64,000 nucleotides of DNA from Candidatus Babeliales bacterium (GTDB lineage Bacteria; Babelota; Babeliae; Babelales; JANWKD01): positions 448,001 through 512,000 of the forward strand of contig CAVRJM010000001.1 in assembly GCA_963722075.1 (NCBI GenBank), written 5' to 3'. The notes beneath the pieces were generated by a model, which did no database searches, was not told the origin of the DNA, and worked only from the letters and a program-made list of their open reading frames with translations. Below are positions 61,601 through 64,000 of the stretch, piece by piece. Both the position numbers and the translations under genes were made by a program. How positions within the stretch are numbered: the stretch's first letter is position 1; each line of letters starts with the position of its first letter.

Positions 61601-61791
61601 CTGGATCACCACGTTCGCTACGCTCCTCGTGACGACGGGAGGTGGGAAAAATCGTTGTTGATCGAAGCAATCCATTAATGCGGTATTTTCATTTTATTAA
61701 TGGATTCCCACCCCAGCCTATGCTAAAAGCTTCGGCGGGTCGGGATGACAATGGGCAAAAATATGTCATGGCGAGCTTGCGTGGCCATCCA
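61601..61791. repeat. Four family A palindromes, one containing a family B element
   Basis: CTGGATCACCACGTTCGCTACGCTCCTCGTGACGACG; degenerate CGTTGTTGATCGAAGCAATCCA; TGGATTCCCAC[CCCAGCCTATGCTAAAAGCTTCGGCGGGT]CGGGATGACA; TGTCATGGCGAGCTTGCGTGGCCATCCA. Confidence 0.85.
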
Positions 61792-61813
61792 TGATTAAGT
61801 TAAATTCCTTTTT

Positions 61814-64000
61814 TTATAATCCCTTCTGCTTCAATTGCCATAGCAAATCAAATGCTTTTTTGGGCGATAACTCATTAATATCAATACTATCAATCAACTT
61901 CTGCACTTCTTCTAAGTTATTTATCTTTTGAGTAAGTTCATCAATCTTTTTTTGGGAGGTAACATTAGAAGATTCCATTGCCGCAGGCAGTACCGTAATC
62001 TCATTTTGTTGCAAGGTATGCAAAATTTGTTCTGCACGCTCGATAATGGAAACTGGCAGATCTGCTAATTTGGCAACTTCAATACCAAAACTACCATCAG
62101 CAATCCCTTCTATGATTTTATATAGAAAAACAATCTTATTATCGATTTTTTTACTTGCCGCATAATAGCAGGTAATCCCCGCAAATTGATTTTTAAGCGC
62201 TGTTAATTCATGATAATGGGTGGCAAATAAGCACAGCGCTTTTACCTGCGTATATAAATATTCAATAACCCCTTGCGCTAATGCTAACCCATCAAAGGTA
62301 CTGGTACCGCGTCCCACTTCATCTAAGATAATAAGGCTCCGCTCATTGGCTTGCGTGCAAATATGCGCCGTTTCTTCCATCTCAACTAAGAAAGTACTTT
62401 TACCCTCTGCAACGTTATCACCAGCGCCAATGCGCGTAAAAATCTTATCCCGAATACAAATGGATGCTTTTTGTGCTGGCACAAATGATCCAATCTGTGC
62501 CATAAGCGTGATAAGAGCAACTTGACGCATATAGGTAGATTTACCCCCCATATTAGGGCCGGTAATAATAAATAAATACTGCTTATCATTTAATATCGTA
62601 TCATTAGGAATAAAACGATGCGCTAAGTGAGCAGCAATAATGGGATGTTTTCCTTGATGAATAGTAATTTCCTGAGATTCATTAAAATCTGGCCTACAAT
62701 ATCCGTTATTATAGGCAACCACTGATAAGCCAAATAATGCATCTAAATGAGCAAGCGCTGCGGCCATTTTACGCAATTCAGCACCATACTTTAATACTTC
62801 CCGTTTAACTGACTCAAAAATCTCTTTTTCTAACTGTTGAATTTGAGAACGAGCTAATAATAAATCCGCTTCTATAGTTTTAAGATGGATAGTAGTAAAT
62901 CGATCTTTACCTACTAATGATTGGGATCGAATAAAGTAATCAGGAACCAAATGACTATTTGCTTTAGTGATTTCTATGTAATAACCGTATAATTGATTGT
63001 AGCGAATTTTTAATGAATTAATTCCTGTTTTTTGTTGTTCTTGTTGCTCATATTCATTCAAAATAACAGTACTCTGCTCTACTAGTAACCGTATCTGGTC
63101 AAGTCGCTCATCAAAACCCGTTTTTATGACCCATTCCTGCATCATATCGCAATTAAGCGCGCGTTCTAAAAGCGCTTGTAATCCAGAAAAATTACCCAAT
63201 TGACTATAAATACGTTTCATCAATGAGCTTGAACGCATATTCAACATCGATTGTAATGATGGTAATAAGGATAATGCCCGTTGCAATGTATTAAAATCTA
63301 TAAGAGATGCTCGTTTTAATAGCAACCGTCCTACTACGCGTTCTAGATCACCAATACTCGATAATAATTTTTTAAGTTGATGACTCAAACTAATATCAGT
63401 TACCAATTCCTGTACCATTTCTTGACGCGCACCAATAGCATCTTTATATATGAGTGGCCGCATGATCCATTTTTTTATCATACGCGAGCCCATTGGCGTA
63501 GCTGCATAATCAAGTTGTTCATACAGTGTATTTTTACGTGAGCCATCTTGCATATTTTGTATTAATTCTAAATTACGCTGAGTAGCCCAATCCATAATAA
63601 GAAAATCTTCTGGGTTATAGAATTGAATATGGTTAAAATGTGCAAGCGCTTGTTCTTGGTTCTTTTTTAGATATGAGTACAGTAAACTCATAGAAGAACG
63701 AATAGGCGCATAATTAGTAAGTTGTTGTTGGGTTTCTGAAGAAAATCGCGCTTGAATCCACTCTGATTCAAAAGTACCATTAAACAAATCCAAAGCTATT
63801 GGCGTTACAAAATAGCCTTTTTTTGAAAATGATGATTGAAATTCGTTTGCAGATTGGCAAGGGATTAAAATTTCATCGGGTAAAAAGCGTGCCAACTCTG
63901 CATCAAGAATTTTATCGGCACCGCGTTGAATAACGGTAGCATGCAATTGCGCCGTCATAATTTCTGCAAAAAGCAAGCCCAGTGATTGTTGCGTCGGGAA
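61814..64000 (-). CDS. mutS: DNA mismatch repair protein MutS (N-terminus beyond the right edge)
   Basis: TQRNLEL, TPMGSR, DLERV, ITGPNMGGKSTYMRQ, IFTRIGAGD, STFLVEM, DEVGRGTST, FATHYHEL, SFGIEVAKLA; frame open to the window end. Confidence 0.97.
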   Translation of the reverse strand, partial: FPTQQSLGLLFAEIMTAQLHATVIQRGADKILDAELARFLPDEILIPCQSANEFQSSFSKKGYFVTPIALDLFNGTFESEWIQARFSSETQQQLTNYAPIRSSMSLLYSYLKKNQEQALAHFNHIQFYNPEDFLIMDWATQRNLELIQNMQDGSRKNTLYEQLDYAATPMGSRMIKKWIMRPLIYKDAIGARQEMVQELVTDISLSHQLKKLLSSIGDLERVVGRLLLKRASLIDFNTLQRALSLLPSLQSMLNMRSSSLMKRIYSQLGNFSGLQALLERALNCDMMQEWVIKTGFDERLDQIRLLVEQSTVILNEYEQQEQQKTGINSLKIRYNQLYGYYIEITKANSHLVPDYFIRSQSLVGKDRFTTIHLKTIEADLLLARSQIQQLEKEIFESVKREVLKYGAELRKMAAALAHLDALFGLSVVAYNNGYCRPDFNESQEITIHQGKHPIIAAHLAHRFIPNDTILNDKQYLFIITGPNMGGKSTYMRQVALITLMAQIGSFVPAQKASICIRDKIFTRIGAGDNVAEGKSTFLVEMEETAHICTQANERSLIILDEVGRGTSTFDGLALAQGVIEYLYTQVKALCLFATHYHELTALKNQFAGITCYYAASKKIDNKIVFLYKIIEGIADGSFGIEVAKLADLPVSIIERAEQILHTLQQNEITVLPAAMESSNVTSQKKIDELTQKINNLEEVQKLIDSIDINELSPKKAFDLLWQLKQKGL

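Overview
AT-rich bacterial chromosome segment. The many signal-peptide hypotheticals, ankyrin proteins, fragmented housekeeping operons and alpha2-type GlyRS suggest a protist-infecting intracellular bacterium, most likely Candidatus Dependentiae (TM6/Babeliae); this assignment is an inference. Housekeeping genes: ileS (partial), murD, ftsW, pepA, rpiB, a lolE-like permease, pgk, dnaA, an amidase, rplU, trkA/trkH, glyS, an htrA-like protease, tlyA (frameshifted), pssA, mutS (partial) and two tRNA-Arg genes. No CRISPR array, prophage or transposase was seen. Most notable: (1) a co-oriented cluster of predicted exported proteins with two thioredoxin reductases carrying N-terminal export/anchor signals, one fused to a thioredoxin, plus a Trx-fold protein with a Cys/Trp/Gly tail and a 1934-aa repeat protein; (2) candidate host-directed effectors: an NCA2/DGS1-like protein, a clan-CD-like His/Cys protease, a PI3/4-kinase-like protein and ankyrins; (3) an FtsH-like ATPase with HQAGH in place of HEXXH; (4) two intergenic palindromic repeat families, one repeatedly nested in the other; (5) a duplicated tRNA 3' trailer whose arms pair perfectly between copies but not within a copy; (6) a local cluster of frameshifts at about 53-56.7 kb. 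All protein family calls come from motif recognition by eye, not database searches.
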